Below, one piece after another: positions 25,491-37,176 of a stretch of 64,000 nucleotides of DNA. The position numbers and the translations under genes are program-made. Within the stretch, counting starts at the first letter, position 1. Each line of letters starts with the position of its first letter. Under the pieces are notes generated by a model, which was not told the origin of the DNA, did not search any database, and saw only the letters and a list, made by a program, of their open reading frames with translations. The DNA is from Laetmonice hystrix (Eukaryota), in assembly GCA_965235115.1 (NCBI GenBank), contig OZ249436.1, positions 50,346,001-50,410,000 on the forward strand. The letters run 5' to 3'.

Positions 25491-26280
25491 AAACCATGAT
25501 CCGTTAACCAGAGACACTGTGATAGTGTCAGAGAAACCATGATCCGTTAACCAGAGACACTGATAGTGTCAGAGAAACCATGATCCGTTAACCAGAGACA
25601 CTGATAGTGTCAGAGAAATCATGATCCGTTAACCAGAGACACTGATAGTGTCAGAGAAACCATGATCCGTTAACCAGACACTGATAGTGTCAGAGAAACC
25701 ATGATCCGTTAACCAGACACTGATAGTGTCAGAGAACCCATGATCCGTTAACCAGACACTGATAGTGTCAGAGAAACCATGATCCATTAACCAGAGACAC
25801 TGTGATAGTGTCAGAGAAACCATGATCCGTTAACCAGTGACACTGTGATAGTATCAGAGAAACCATGATCCGTTAACCAGAGACACTGATAGTGTCAGAG
25901 ACACCATGATCCGTTAACCGGAGACACTGAAGTGTCAGAGAAACCATGTTCCGTTAACCAGAGACACTGTGATAGTGTCAAAGAAACCATGATCCGTTAA
26001 CCAGAGACACTGATAGTGTCAGAGACACCATGATCCGTTAACCGGAGACACTGAAGTGTCAGAGAAACCATGTTCCGTTAACCAGAGACACTGTGATAGT
26101 GTCAGAGAAACCATGATCCGTTAACCAGAGACACTGTGATAGTGTCAGAGAAACCATGATCCGTTAACCAGAGACACTGTGATAGTGTCAGAGAAACCAT
26201 GATCCGTTAACCAGAGACACTGATAGTGTCAGAGAAACCATGATCCGTTAACCAGAGACACTGTGATATAGTGTCAGAGA
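25491..26280. repeat. Minisatellite, ~41-bp unit (39-43), about 19 copies, with internal hairpin
   Basis: Unit AAACCATGATCCGTTAACCAGAGACACTGATAGTGTCAGAG containing the GACACT-N3/5-AGTGTC stem. Confidence 0.95.
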
Positions 26281-27720
26281 CGCCTTCCCTGCTATAATCA
26301 TGTGGGTGATTTCTAGGGGAGACGCCATTCCCAGTCCGGGTTCAGTGGTTGTGGTAGTGAAGCGAAGAGAATTACAACCTGATTTGACATAATCTGAGAG
26401 ACCATCACCGCCGACCTACTGTACATGGCTTCACGTGGGCTGCGGCATCGATGATCTTCTTCTGAATTATGACGCGCCGCTAAGTTATTTATTTTAAAAA
26501 AAAAATAAAAATAATTGAATCGTTCCAGGATGGATAGGGCAAGTTAGAGTCGAGAGATTACCGGTAATACTAATCCGTGTATCATGTTCGCCTGGCTGGC
26601 ATTATGTCTCTCCGCCAGGAGACTGTTCCTCTTATCCATGGTATAGACATCAGTACGTTTGACTATGCATACAAGAGCTGCCTGCCATTCATGCCAGCCA
26701 GGTATCAAAAGAGCAGCATGTCTGTATTTATCAACCTGTCTGTCTCTTGAGAAAGATGACTGCATACTTTAGGAAAATTAATGGAACTCTGACAGAATGT
26801 CTCTATTCCTGACAACATAATGGAAATCTATGATTTTCATTAATCATATGTCTTGTCTTGACATGTATCTGAAAATTGTATTTTTTGTCTTGTCCGTCTT
26901 CACGAAAAGGGCCAACCAAGCCATTTATTCCACATCGGAAATTCCATGTCAGAAATTCGCGGTTTATAGATCCCCTGGCGAATTTAGTGGGCGCATTGTA
27001 CATAAATGGCCTTTTATACAAAAAGTTGTGCTTCCCCTTCCCCTCCCCCCTTTTTGGCTTTTACAGAATTCCTGGATTCGCCCCTGATATCCCTTCAATG
27101 TTTGAGCTTATACTTCACCCTTGGTATATCTGCCTTCCAATGCCGACTCCCAAACCCAATATATTCGGCTCCCATTCCCAGGCGTGGTTCGTTGAGAATC
27201 CTAACCTTCGATAGTATAACGTGGTAGTAAAACACCGTACCTCATTCATTCAAAGAGAGCGACGGAACGAGCTAAACTTGGTTCTTATAGATTCTGGACT
27301 ATATCCTCTCTGACAGTCGATGTCTGAAAGGTCACTGGGGAATCTGATGGTCACTGCTGTGCTAAAGGCGACAGACCCATTGGCCAAGGTCTGCTGGGGT
27401 GTGCACCGGGTCACAACCAATCACGTAGCGGGTCTTGGCTCCACGCTGGGGAAAGGAATTACTAAAGTAGTAGCTAAAAGAAGGGTTTGCGATCATCAGC
27501 CTTCACTTCAAAACTTCTCTAGGGTTCGTTCGAAAATTACGGAGCGTCCATGGGTCTTGGGGTGGGTGATGTGATATTGACTGCAGTTCGTATAGGCTAC
27601 TGTAATACGGTAGGTCTATGTGTTGATAGGAAGCGGTAAAAACGAATATCTTGTACGCAATATTCTCATATATTTTCGTATTTTCCTTTCGACACCGTGG
27701 GCAAAATGTTATTCACTTAC

Positions 27721-28230
27721 CGGGATTCGTGAGTAGGAGGTAAGCCAGACCCAGTCTTCCGGGGCGCCCGATCCCTCCTTGCTCCACGCCTTGCTCGACA
27801 AGAACGATCCCGGTTTGGTCTGGCGTCTCCTGCCAGCCCGACGTTTCACACGGATCAGCTGACCCTCCTCGGCCGAGGTGTCTGATGAGGTTCCGCCCAG
27901 ACTATCTTCACCCTCCTCCTCGTCCTCCTCTTCCCCTCTCTCATCATCCCGTCCCGGTTGGTACCCTGCGGTCAGATCGTCCTCGGCCGGCCTCGCCTTC
28001 CCACCCACCGGCCCAGACCCCCGGTGACGGTTTTCGTACACATTATCCAGGTTCTCAAACTCAACTGTGCCGCCATGCATGAAACTGCTGTGAAGTTCTT
28101 TCCTGATATTGGAAAACTCAGTAAAACACATCCACAAGCCACATCCTGTGGTGACAGTCACTAAAACGACGCAAAAATAAAGAATTTTAACGTGCAGCCA
28201 GAGATTAGGCTCTTTCGCACTTGCCGCCAT
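27721..28230 (-). CDS. First coding exon of a gliomedin/colmedin-like type II transmembrane protein (downstream exons not found in window)
   Basis: ATG at 28230, short N-tail, TM segment ILYFCVVLVTVTTGCGLWMCF, acidic linker, furin site RVKRR, then WVWLTSYSRIP. From memory this resembles gliomedin MLMMMTYSMVP. Ends at a phase-0 GTAAGT donor. Confidence 0.75.
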
Positions 28231-29939
28231 GATGTACACTGGCTTGATTCCTCTTAGGCGTCACGTGATGATGCATCAAACTTTGGACCAATCAGGCAGG
28301 TAGATGTTCAGCTCTTTTCCCACGGTTGTTTATCGTTTCTTATCATCTTCGTGAAGAGCGGCGATCAGTAGGACTCATAACATCCGATACACTCAGGGTG
28401 CTGGCTCGCTCTGCGAGTGACGTTCTGTTTTGGCGCGAATATAGCGTAGTGCAATCGTCTGCTGTTCCGTGACGCGACGTGCTGCTGGCTCCACCAGCGG
28501 CTTTAAAGTGCATTAATAAATGATGTCGCGTTGTGGGCAATCAATAAATATTGATGGCTGCAAAGCATCATGCAAGCGAAATAAAACTGTGTGGGTAGGC
28601 AGAAGGGGTGCAAGTAGTGCCCTGTCATACAGAGGGAAAATCACGCGAGCAATTAGCTGACAAAGTAAGTTTGTGTCTGTTTGCCGGAGGCGTGGTTGGC
28701 AGCACCGCGCGCGTGCAGTAAATCTATAAACGCGGGGATTTACTCTTCATGGTAAGCTAACCCTGTCGCCCTTTGATCGTATATATTTGGAACTTGGGGA
28801 GGAAAACAGTGATCTTGAACACCGTCATTGGTAAGAGTCAGGATCAGCTGTTTCCTGGTCTGCTCATGTCTTAATTGAAATGCTGTAATTAAGACAAGCC
28901 TCTGGGAAAAGGCATTTTTGTTGTATTATAAACGATTCCATAATGATCGTAATAAAAGATTGAATCGTGGAAGAAGCGAACTTCCCGTCATAAGACCAGC
29001 AATTATACATCTGCCCTAAATATTCTCATAGTCTTCAGCCGTGTTTGCATCATAGACGTGTCTAGATCTATATGTTTGCATGAATCATCAGGCAATGCGG
29101 CAATAAGGCACGGTCTCTCATCTTGGGAGCCGATTTTTTTCTGATACTGTTTCCTAACTTCGCGAGTTTCCCTGATTAAACCCAGTTCCATTTGATTCTA
29201 AAATTATATATTCCCTCTCGGAGATTTGGAGGGGGGGGGGGTTCCAGAAGTGTTACAGAAAAGTCTCCATTTAAATACTCTTTCGTCAAGACGTTGACCC
29301 CCGACCTCACCTAGGACCCTGAAACCTTAAACGACGTTTCCGATTTGGAAATATTTTACACAATATATTTTCCGTTTGTATGCCTGTGTTTGTTGATTTT
29401 ATTCCAGCTCCATATAGGCTTTAGCCCTCAGCTGGCCCTATGTCTTCTTTCTAAAAGGATCGATTTGACACGTAGCGTACTCGTGACAGAACAAGCCGCA
29501 GTGAAGACGGCTCAAGTCGGTCTGTATGTATATCGTGCTGCCACCTAGCATACGAAAAGGACACTGTTCATGGCACGTCTACAACGAAGATTTTGGTAAG
29601 GGGGGGGTTGCTTGGGGGTCGGATGATAGTGTTGTGGCTATTATGCGGATGTAGGCCTATTAACGCAATCACCGAGTATCTCCCATTTCAATGACTCCAA
29701 AATACAGACATGGCTTGTAAAAGTCGCCATCAAGGAGTCGTCATGGCTGCTTCTTGACCTTCCATTGACTTGAACAGCCAATTAAATTCATCGGGCCGTG
29801 ACACAAAGACCTACGCCATTATTCTGCTTTCATTTAGTATTGCTTTATATTTAAATGGGGTTCTAATGTTTATAAATAAATATATTTAGCTTATTTTATC
29901 ATGAACCATCACAACCCTCGCCATCCCGCCAATAATGGT

Positions 29940-29954
29940 GGCGCCATCTAGCGG
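29940..29954 (-). promoter_or_regulatory. CTCF-like motif
   Basis: Reverse complement CCGCTAGATGGCGCC matches the CTCF core consensus. Confidence 0.45.
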
Positions 29955-30048
29955 AGGGGTGACGTTCCAGTGAGTGATAGACTGGAAACTGTCCTCCTCG
30001 CTGGGCGCTGGCGATGCCGTTGGTGGGTCCGGATTAGATGGATTAAGT

Positions 30049-30300
30049 CAGGCCCGTAGCTAGAAATTTCTGAGTGGGGAGGGGGGCAGTCACGGGCGGA
30101 TGCAGGAATTTTGGAAAGGGGTGCCCCCCCCCCATGCGAGCGCCGTAGGCGCGAGGCCAAGAGCGGCGGGACTGGGGGCCCTCCCCCAGAAAAATGTGAA
30201 TATTACAGGGCCAAAATACGCGTTTTCCTGGCATCTGGAAACAAAATTCAAGGATTCCCGGAGGCAGCTGCCCCCTGCCACCCCGCTAGCTACGGCCCTG
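30049..30300. mobile_element. CAG-terminal MITE
   Basis: TIRs CAGGCCCGTAGCTAG / CTAGCTACGGCCCTG with a 5-bp TSD TAAGT. Confidence 0.85.
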
Positions 30301-33300
30301 TAAGTGAGTGACTGACCGGCTGATGTAGGCGTACGGGCTCGGTAAAGATGCAAAACAAGTTCATTTTAAGGCTTTTGTACGGAATTGAAAACTTTTCCGA
30401 AGTTTACTATCTTGGAGAAAAATATTCCTTACAATGCTTCGATGGGGGGTTTTCTTTGGGGGGGGGGAGTACATAGATCTACCTTTGATTTAAACATTTA
30501 AGCCCATTACAATTCGTCTATTTGACTGCTACTTGCCCTTTATCCCTTTAAATTCAACATTTCTACCGCGAGCGCCAGAACGTCCCGACAGATGGCGCCA
30601 CATTATTTGAGCGTGCATGGTTCGAGTCGAATCACCAGTTCAAGGTAGGCCTACTTATGTTCTTTCATTCGGGACTCCCTCGGGCATATGACGTCACTTC
30701 CTGCTATTCGAATATACTTTCGAAGATATGGCCGAGGATTCCCGAATGATGTTCTTTGACAGAACGGAGCAATGATTGATTAGGGTCTAAACGCAGCATC
30801 CTCCATATATATTATCGTGCCGTTTTGGGGGAAAAACTCCGGACATTATCGTGCCGGGGACATATCGTGCCAGGCGGACATATCGTGCCGCAATCTCACC
30901 TCCGGCCTTCCATCCGAGTTCACACTTTGATATTGTTGGTAGGCCTATATAGGCCTAATTACGACAAAATGAAGAATGATATACAATAAATCTACTCTAA
31001 ACTAACTTTAGGTATAAATTTAGGGCAATCTCTCTAGAATGCATGTTAACAACAAAATCTTGCATAAATACGCGATTAAAACCAAATTAATCTATATTAT
31101 ATACTCAATGCACTCAAGAATTAGGTGTGATATACGACTGAGTCAAGGAGTTGTATACGGAGCGCCATTGTCAGAACACCATGCTGACTGGGATCGGGGT
31201 CAACCTCGGTGGTCGTTGGTCCCGGCCTGGCAGTGGAGAACCAGTCGTTAGATCAGTATAGGTGGGATTGATAATTAAGGCAGTCTGGTTACACGCCCCT
31301 ACATTACCTCCTTCAGACTCGGACCTCCATGCATGCGCGGTCTCGTTACATACTGATAATTGCAAGCCTGGGGTGAAATCGCTTTAATGACGTAATGCTG
31401 TGTCATAGGACAATTATTATAGAATCAATTTCAGCTATACACTCAAGAAACGCATGTTAGGGGCGGAGTCATGATCATCACATAATACGGTAAATTAAAT
31501 TAAGTATACCAGGTTAAATTTATCCAAAAGGACATGCACTTTACCTCCCCTTATATTTATACATAAATTACTAGATGATATCAGCATAGTTCCGGTTGTG
31601 TTGTTTACAAAACTTTCAGAAGCATTTGGTACCGTAAAGAAAAAAAACGGTCCTTATAATACACATGTATAAGTAAAAGTGTATGCCTATAGTTATATGT
31701 ACGATGCAAGGTTCGACCTCTCCATATACCGAATGGTCGTTTCCGCTTCCCAATAAATTAATAAATGATTGAATTACAAGTTGCTGATTTCACCATGCAA
31801 CATTCAGGCTCCACGTCGGTATAGGCCAAAAGAACACACCTGCAGCGTCGTGCAGTTTACAGCCCACCCCGGAGAGACATACATCTTTACCGGTATAAAT
31901 CTGCTTCCCGCCATATAACGCCCAAGGGCACGCAAAGGACAAACAGAACTTGCATTCGTAATGTAGCTCGTTGCCGTCAGAGTGGGAATGTGTTGAAATA
32001 ATTGTTGTTTGTCAAGATTGAAAGGAACTTAAATTGCCCCCGGCAGGGGCTGGTATCGAACCGCCTCCAATAAACGCCGATTTTCGGGTGCTATAAACGG
32101 GTGACGTTAAGTAATTAAACTGGGGTGTGATATATGGGTTAAGTGCAGCATTGTAGCACCAAGTCTTAGAAGTTGAAATCTATACCATTATAACGTATGA
32201 TCCGTGGATACTTGTACCAATATCGATCTGGTAGCTTCAGTGAACATATATACATGTCTGAACACCTGGCCATGCAGTAAGACGGGCTCCGCGAAACCAT
32301 CGAGAGCGTATCGGCTATAGGCCTACCCACGAATCAGGAAATATTGGGGGGGATGCAAACATGACGAAAATTATACGTGAAGGCAACAGAAACGCGGGGG
32401 GGGGGGCGAATATCAGTATATTCGGGGGGACTGCCCCCTGCCCCCCTGCGGACGCCCATGCCAGAAACTACATGTCATCCTTACTTGAAAGTCCTTAATC
32501 TGTAAAATAAAACCCCGATCTTTGAGGGGTATGGCTGTTTACACCCTGCATGTCTGTCCCGTAGGCCTATCCTGATTGTCCCAATAGGCCTACACGAGGT
32601 GCGATTCGCGTCTCTCTGCCCTTCTGGGAATTATAGAAAGGCACCGCTAGAGGGGGTTGTCACACTTGATGTATTTATATGGGCGCCTGTAAAGTCATCT
32701 CACTTACAATCGGTGAAGGAGCACCCATTCATCGACGGCGCACCGATGTCTACTCGACTGTGGCCAGTTTTTCAATTGCAATGTTGTCTCTTTAATGAAA
32801 GATTGATGATGCTGTGGGTAGGCACTTAGCTGTGACTTTCTCTGAGCTGCACATAGCGCGACACATTCAGACCAGATCAAAGAGTCACAATCCTAATGAT
32901 GGTGTTTGGGGTGGACCCTGTTCTAGGACCGCCTGACGACACCCCGACCACCAATAGCAGACGACAATGGTATCTTTGACCAGTGCGGTACCAGCAGAAC
33001 ACACGAACATCTCACAGACGTGTAACAGGACTCCAGGAAACAACCTCTCGGTCGGGTCTTCTTTCAAACGCAGCACCAAGCACACTACGTAACTGTACTC
33101 GTAACCTGCGTCGTATAGTTTTCTGGATACAAATCTTCAATCGAACCTTTGTTTCATGAAAACAGCAGGTCGTGCCATAACCTCAGATATCGTACACCGA
33201 CCGATTACCGCCGGGTAACTGATGAGACGGACACACAACGCGCCACTGTAAGCAATTCCTCACAAGTGTTCAAAGCACCACAGACTTTTTCACTTACAGC

Positions 33301-34057
33301 CCCTAGCATCTGAGGGCGTGCATTATACATTATATCAAACAACCGCTCATATAAAACCAAGCGGCTGAGACATCATTTTGGGGTTGACTCCAGACGTTTG
33401 GAGGCCTACCTGTTGGATACTTCGGACGAGTTTCACAGCTGCTCTCTGAAGACACCCCGAGCTAGAGATACGACGAGAAGGCACCATGTCTTCACCAGTG
33501 GAGATTTACGCCCGAGTAATTCACTGTTCTCCGGGAAGTAGTCCTACACTGAAAAAGTCACCTCTTTATGGATCACCAAACCGTATATCGGACTTACGCC
33601 ACAATACAGTGGAACACAATCAGGTAATTGTATACGCCCCGTACAGCCGGGACTTTTTTCTCTATGGAGGGTGCATGTGTATTCTGGAAGACAAGAGGTA
33701 TTTTTGCCATAGTTAAAAGGTAGCATTTGAAAGAAGATCCTCTGCCTTATTATTTCCATAGGACTATAGTGGGGTCTGTACCTAGAGTAGCGGTGGGCGT
33801 CTCCGGTCGCTTGGGCCCAAGCCTGCGGGGGGTGGGGGTGATGGGGGGTGGGGGTGGGGGTATATCCATGCAGGGGCGCGGCAGCCGGGCAGCTCCAAGA
33901 TATGCTGCCTGTGACCCTCCCAAATTCCTGCTTTTCCTGACATATATAAAAACATGAGCATTTGATACTCTTATATTATTTAATAGAATAATAACTTAGT
34001 TGGAATGATAACTGCTATAGGCCTATCAGTTAATTTTTTTAGTAGGCCTAAAATTTA

Positions 34058-34301
34058 AGCCCTAAACCCACTATGCGATTTATGCCTTGCGACAGGCCGT
34101 CGCAAGGCTTGCTACGAGCCTGTCGCAAGGCTTGCGACAAGACGGGGAAATATCAAACATGTTTGATATTATCACAAGCCTTGGTCGCAAGCCTTGATTG
34201 GTGTTGCAAGCCTTGCGACTGGTGTTACAAGCCTTGCGACTGGTGTTGCAAGCCTTGCGACTGGTGTCGCAAGGCATAAATCGCATAGTGGGTTCAGGGC
34301 C
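34058..34301. mobile_element. PIF/Harbinger-like MITE with internal 21-bp repeats
   Basis: ~36-bp TIRs GCCCTAAACCCACTATGCGATTTATGCCTTGCGACA / TGTCGCAAGGCATAAATCGCATAGTGGGTTCAGGGC. Internal CAAGCCTTGCGACTGGTGTT repeats. TSD imperfect. Confidence 0.8.
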
Positions 34302-34943
34302 CAACTTCTTAGACACTTACGCCCTTAAATATAAAGTATTTAATGTTGAGGTTCATGAAAAGAGGTGATTTATTGGAAAATGACATAATGGTGTTTACAT
34401 CCTCATGCAGATCTTCAGTGTTCACAGAATTATAGGCCTATAGGTCCAGGAACGTTGCCTTTATAGATTTGCTATAGGCGTGTGACTGTGTGATTCCTTT
34501 AGTATGGCTAGATGCTCTGTTCCTCAGTTTGCTTCGCCAGCAACATCTGTGATGTAGGGCCTATTCAATGTGCACATGTACATTGCACTAATGTGTCGAC
34601 TACCAGGAAATGGACAACTCATAGTCCCTAACGAGCCACGTGGGCGGTAACTCGTTTCACGCTCACGGTCCACGGGAAATCGGCTAGCAACGTCGGCTAC
34701 CACTACGTTTTGTTTTCTGATTCTTTTGGGTGTGTGCGGTCTCCACGCGTGGCCGTGGGTTCCACCCACTGGGGGTATAGGGCGTAATTTAATTAATTCT
34801 TGGGTGGGAGAGGATGCGGGCCACTTTGTGTAGTCTTTCCTTGATTTTCAACATGGTGGTAGTAAGGTAATTTAATTACTCTTGGGGCTAACCCATGGTC
34901 GTTCTTTCAGACAGAAAAATATATTCATTAATTCATTTTCCTT

Positions 34944-35005
34944 CCTCTCTTTCTCTCTGGCTTTCTGTCTGTGTCGCTCTCTCTGTCTCTGTCTCTCTCT
35001 CTCTT

Positions 35006-35070
<65 letters not shown>
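34944..35070. repeat. (CT)n microsatellite
   Basis: Long CT dinucleotide run. Confidence 0.95.
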
Positions 35071-35071
<1 letters not shown>

Positions 35072-35839
35072 CCTTACCTTACTTACTAGTTTATTTACCC
35101 ACTGGATATTCCATCCCTCAATGAGTCCGCCACTGCTAACTTTAACTAAGACCATTTTAGGGTAGACCACTAGACTAGCCTATAGGCAAAATATATGAGC
35201 TAGGCCTATACTCTATCGCCCCGCCCCATTCATAAGGGGTCCTATATAGAGGTCTAATGCCGAGGTATATTTATTATAAATTTACGAAGCTATAGTGGCT
35301 GTAGAAATTCCTTGGTTTTCCTTTTTTCTAGCTGCCACGAGTCTTTGGTTCACCTTAATTTATAATAACTTGTCTAAAGTTGGGGGCTTAAAACTGGTGT
35401 TCTCATCTGCTGCCAGATAGCAGCACCGATGATCGTTCTCCCTCACCGGATAACGTTAGATGTCGCTGTTGTGAGCTAGAGGGGCTGTTAGGATGCTTAC
35501 TTCGGGAAGAGTTTATCCACACCTAGCTCGGCAATAGAACACTAAATAAGGGGGAAACTAAAGCTGAAATGGAAATAAAAGTTATGTAACAGTTTTTTGG
35601 TGTCGGTCACGGACATGAAACAGCGTTATTATATCAAATGTCTTGATCAACAAACAATGTGAGGATGTGAGGGATCCTTTCGGAGCCCCTCGACCGCCAG
35701 TTGACAGCAGCCGGTGGATGATTTACGACAACCGCAATTTGGCTCGCGGGGCGCATGTCCGCTGACGTTAGGCAGAACTCGCTTTATCGCCTGCTGAAGA
35801 TGGTTTTTACGCGAATTCTATAGGCTTTTCGCCGAGTAA

Positions 35840-35851
35840 ATGGCGACACAG
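35840..35851 (+). CDS. MLLT3: AF9/ENL homolog, predicted exon 1 (MATQ)
   Basis: aaATGGCGACACAG|GTAGTA in a CpG-rich region. The 12-nt phase-0 micro-exon joins [10 protein letters not shown] and resembles the 4-codon first exon of vertebrate AF9/ENL. The donor is weak. Confidence 0.6.
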
Positions 35852-36998
35852 GTAGTAGAAGTTGTAATCGATGTGGCTACTTGAGCGTTGATGTCGAAGT
35901 GTGTGTGTATGTTGGATTTTGTAGGGAATTTTTAATGTACCGGTTGGTGACATTTTGACACTTCGACTTTGTCTTGGCCATCTTCGCCGTCATCATCGTC
36001 GACAGTCAATGTTGTGCAATGGTCAACATCAATAATGTTATTATTACCAATATCACCGCGGTTTCTTCTCGTCCGGTGGTCTGGGAAGCTTTGAGTATCA
36101 GTTGTTTACCTAGAGACCCCGGTTGGTGACGATGGGGTGAGCAGGGTAGGTGTGAGACAGACAGAGTGTCGGGTTGGGTTGGGCCGTCGGCTGGTCGGTC
36201 GGTGTGTCGGTCGGTGAAACCGTTGTGGCCGACTGAGATACGGACGGCTGACCGGGAGAGATGAACGACATGGCGGCCACCTCACTGTCACCTACCGGCG
36301 GTCGGGGACTGACCAAATCCAACCAGCAACCGATACGACATTCCTCTCTCTGTCTAATGTTTGGCCATAATATAATGTTTGGGTTAGAGTAAGTTAAATT
36401 AACTCACATGTCACAGTCGCACTCCCGTTGATATTGTTGAGAGCCTCTAGTCTAGCCAAGGCCAGGGCCAGGCCTGAGTAGAATTCTTTGGTCACCCCCT
36501 CTGTAACGCTGTCATTGTAGAACAAGTATTATCTCGTAGTGTTAGGGGCATAAGCTTTCTGACTTATGACCAAATCAGTTCTAATGTCTGATACAGTGAT
36601 AGTGATACTCAACAATCAACAATTCTAGAAATAAAATATTTTTGGCAACCATCATGGAAACTGAAAAAAAGGACGTTTTCAACAGTGCTCGTACGTAATC
36701 ATAATCAGTTGAAATATCAGTTGAAAACTAAGTTTTGAGTGGTGACCATTGCGCAGTGTAGCTGTTGATTAGCATGCTCTTCTGGTGTATGATTTGAAAG
36801 CAAAAATTTAGGGTGTTGCACAGGGCCCAAAAAGCAGGTAATCTTAATGTATGACTAGTGCTGCGGTATGTACCTTCTGCTGTATTGCACCTTCCGCCTT
36901 CAATGCTGTCCCAATGGGGCCCTGGCAGTATTGCCGGTATATAAGGCACGTGTAATGTCATAACAACACTGACAATTGGCAGACGTGGCCACCTAAGT

Positions 36999-37176
36999 CA
37001 GGGTTTCCTGCAGGCCCTGTTTGGGGAGGGGGGGGGAGACCCCCCCCATTTTTCAGCTCCCCCCCCCCCAAAAAAAAATTTCGAGAGGGAAATATTTTGC
37101 ATTACTCTCTCCCCCCCCCCCCCCCCCAAACTCACACCATTCCCCCCCAAAAGTCGAAAATCTCCAGGAAACCCTG
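36999..37176. mobile_element. CAG-terminal MITE in AF9 intron 1
   Basis: TIRs CAGGGTTTCCTG / CAGGAAACCCTG. 5-bp TSD TAAGT/CAAGT (1 mismatch). Confidence 0.75.

Noticed and set aside
17309..26280. CRISPR-like arrays (regular ~40-bp periodicity, hairpin in the 25.5-kb unit)
   Set aside because: Units are contiguous with no unique spacers, there are no cas genes, and the context is eukaryotic.
34882..35170. SLSL/ERER ORFs (also 63027-63324)
   Set aside because: Translations of microsatellites.
35891..35906. Alternative AF9 first exon ATGTCGAAGTGTGTGT|GTATGT
   Set aside because: It is phase 1 and would need a second acceptor at 39893. The upstream MATQ phase-0 exon fits the family pattern better, although this alternative is not excluded.
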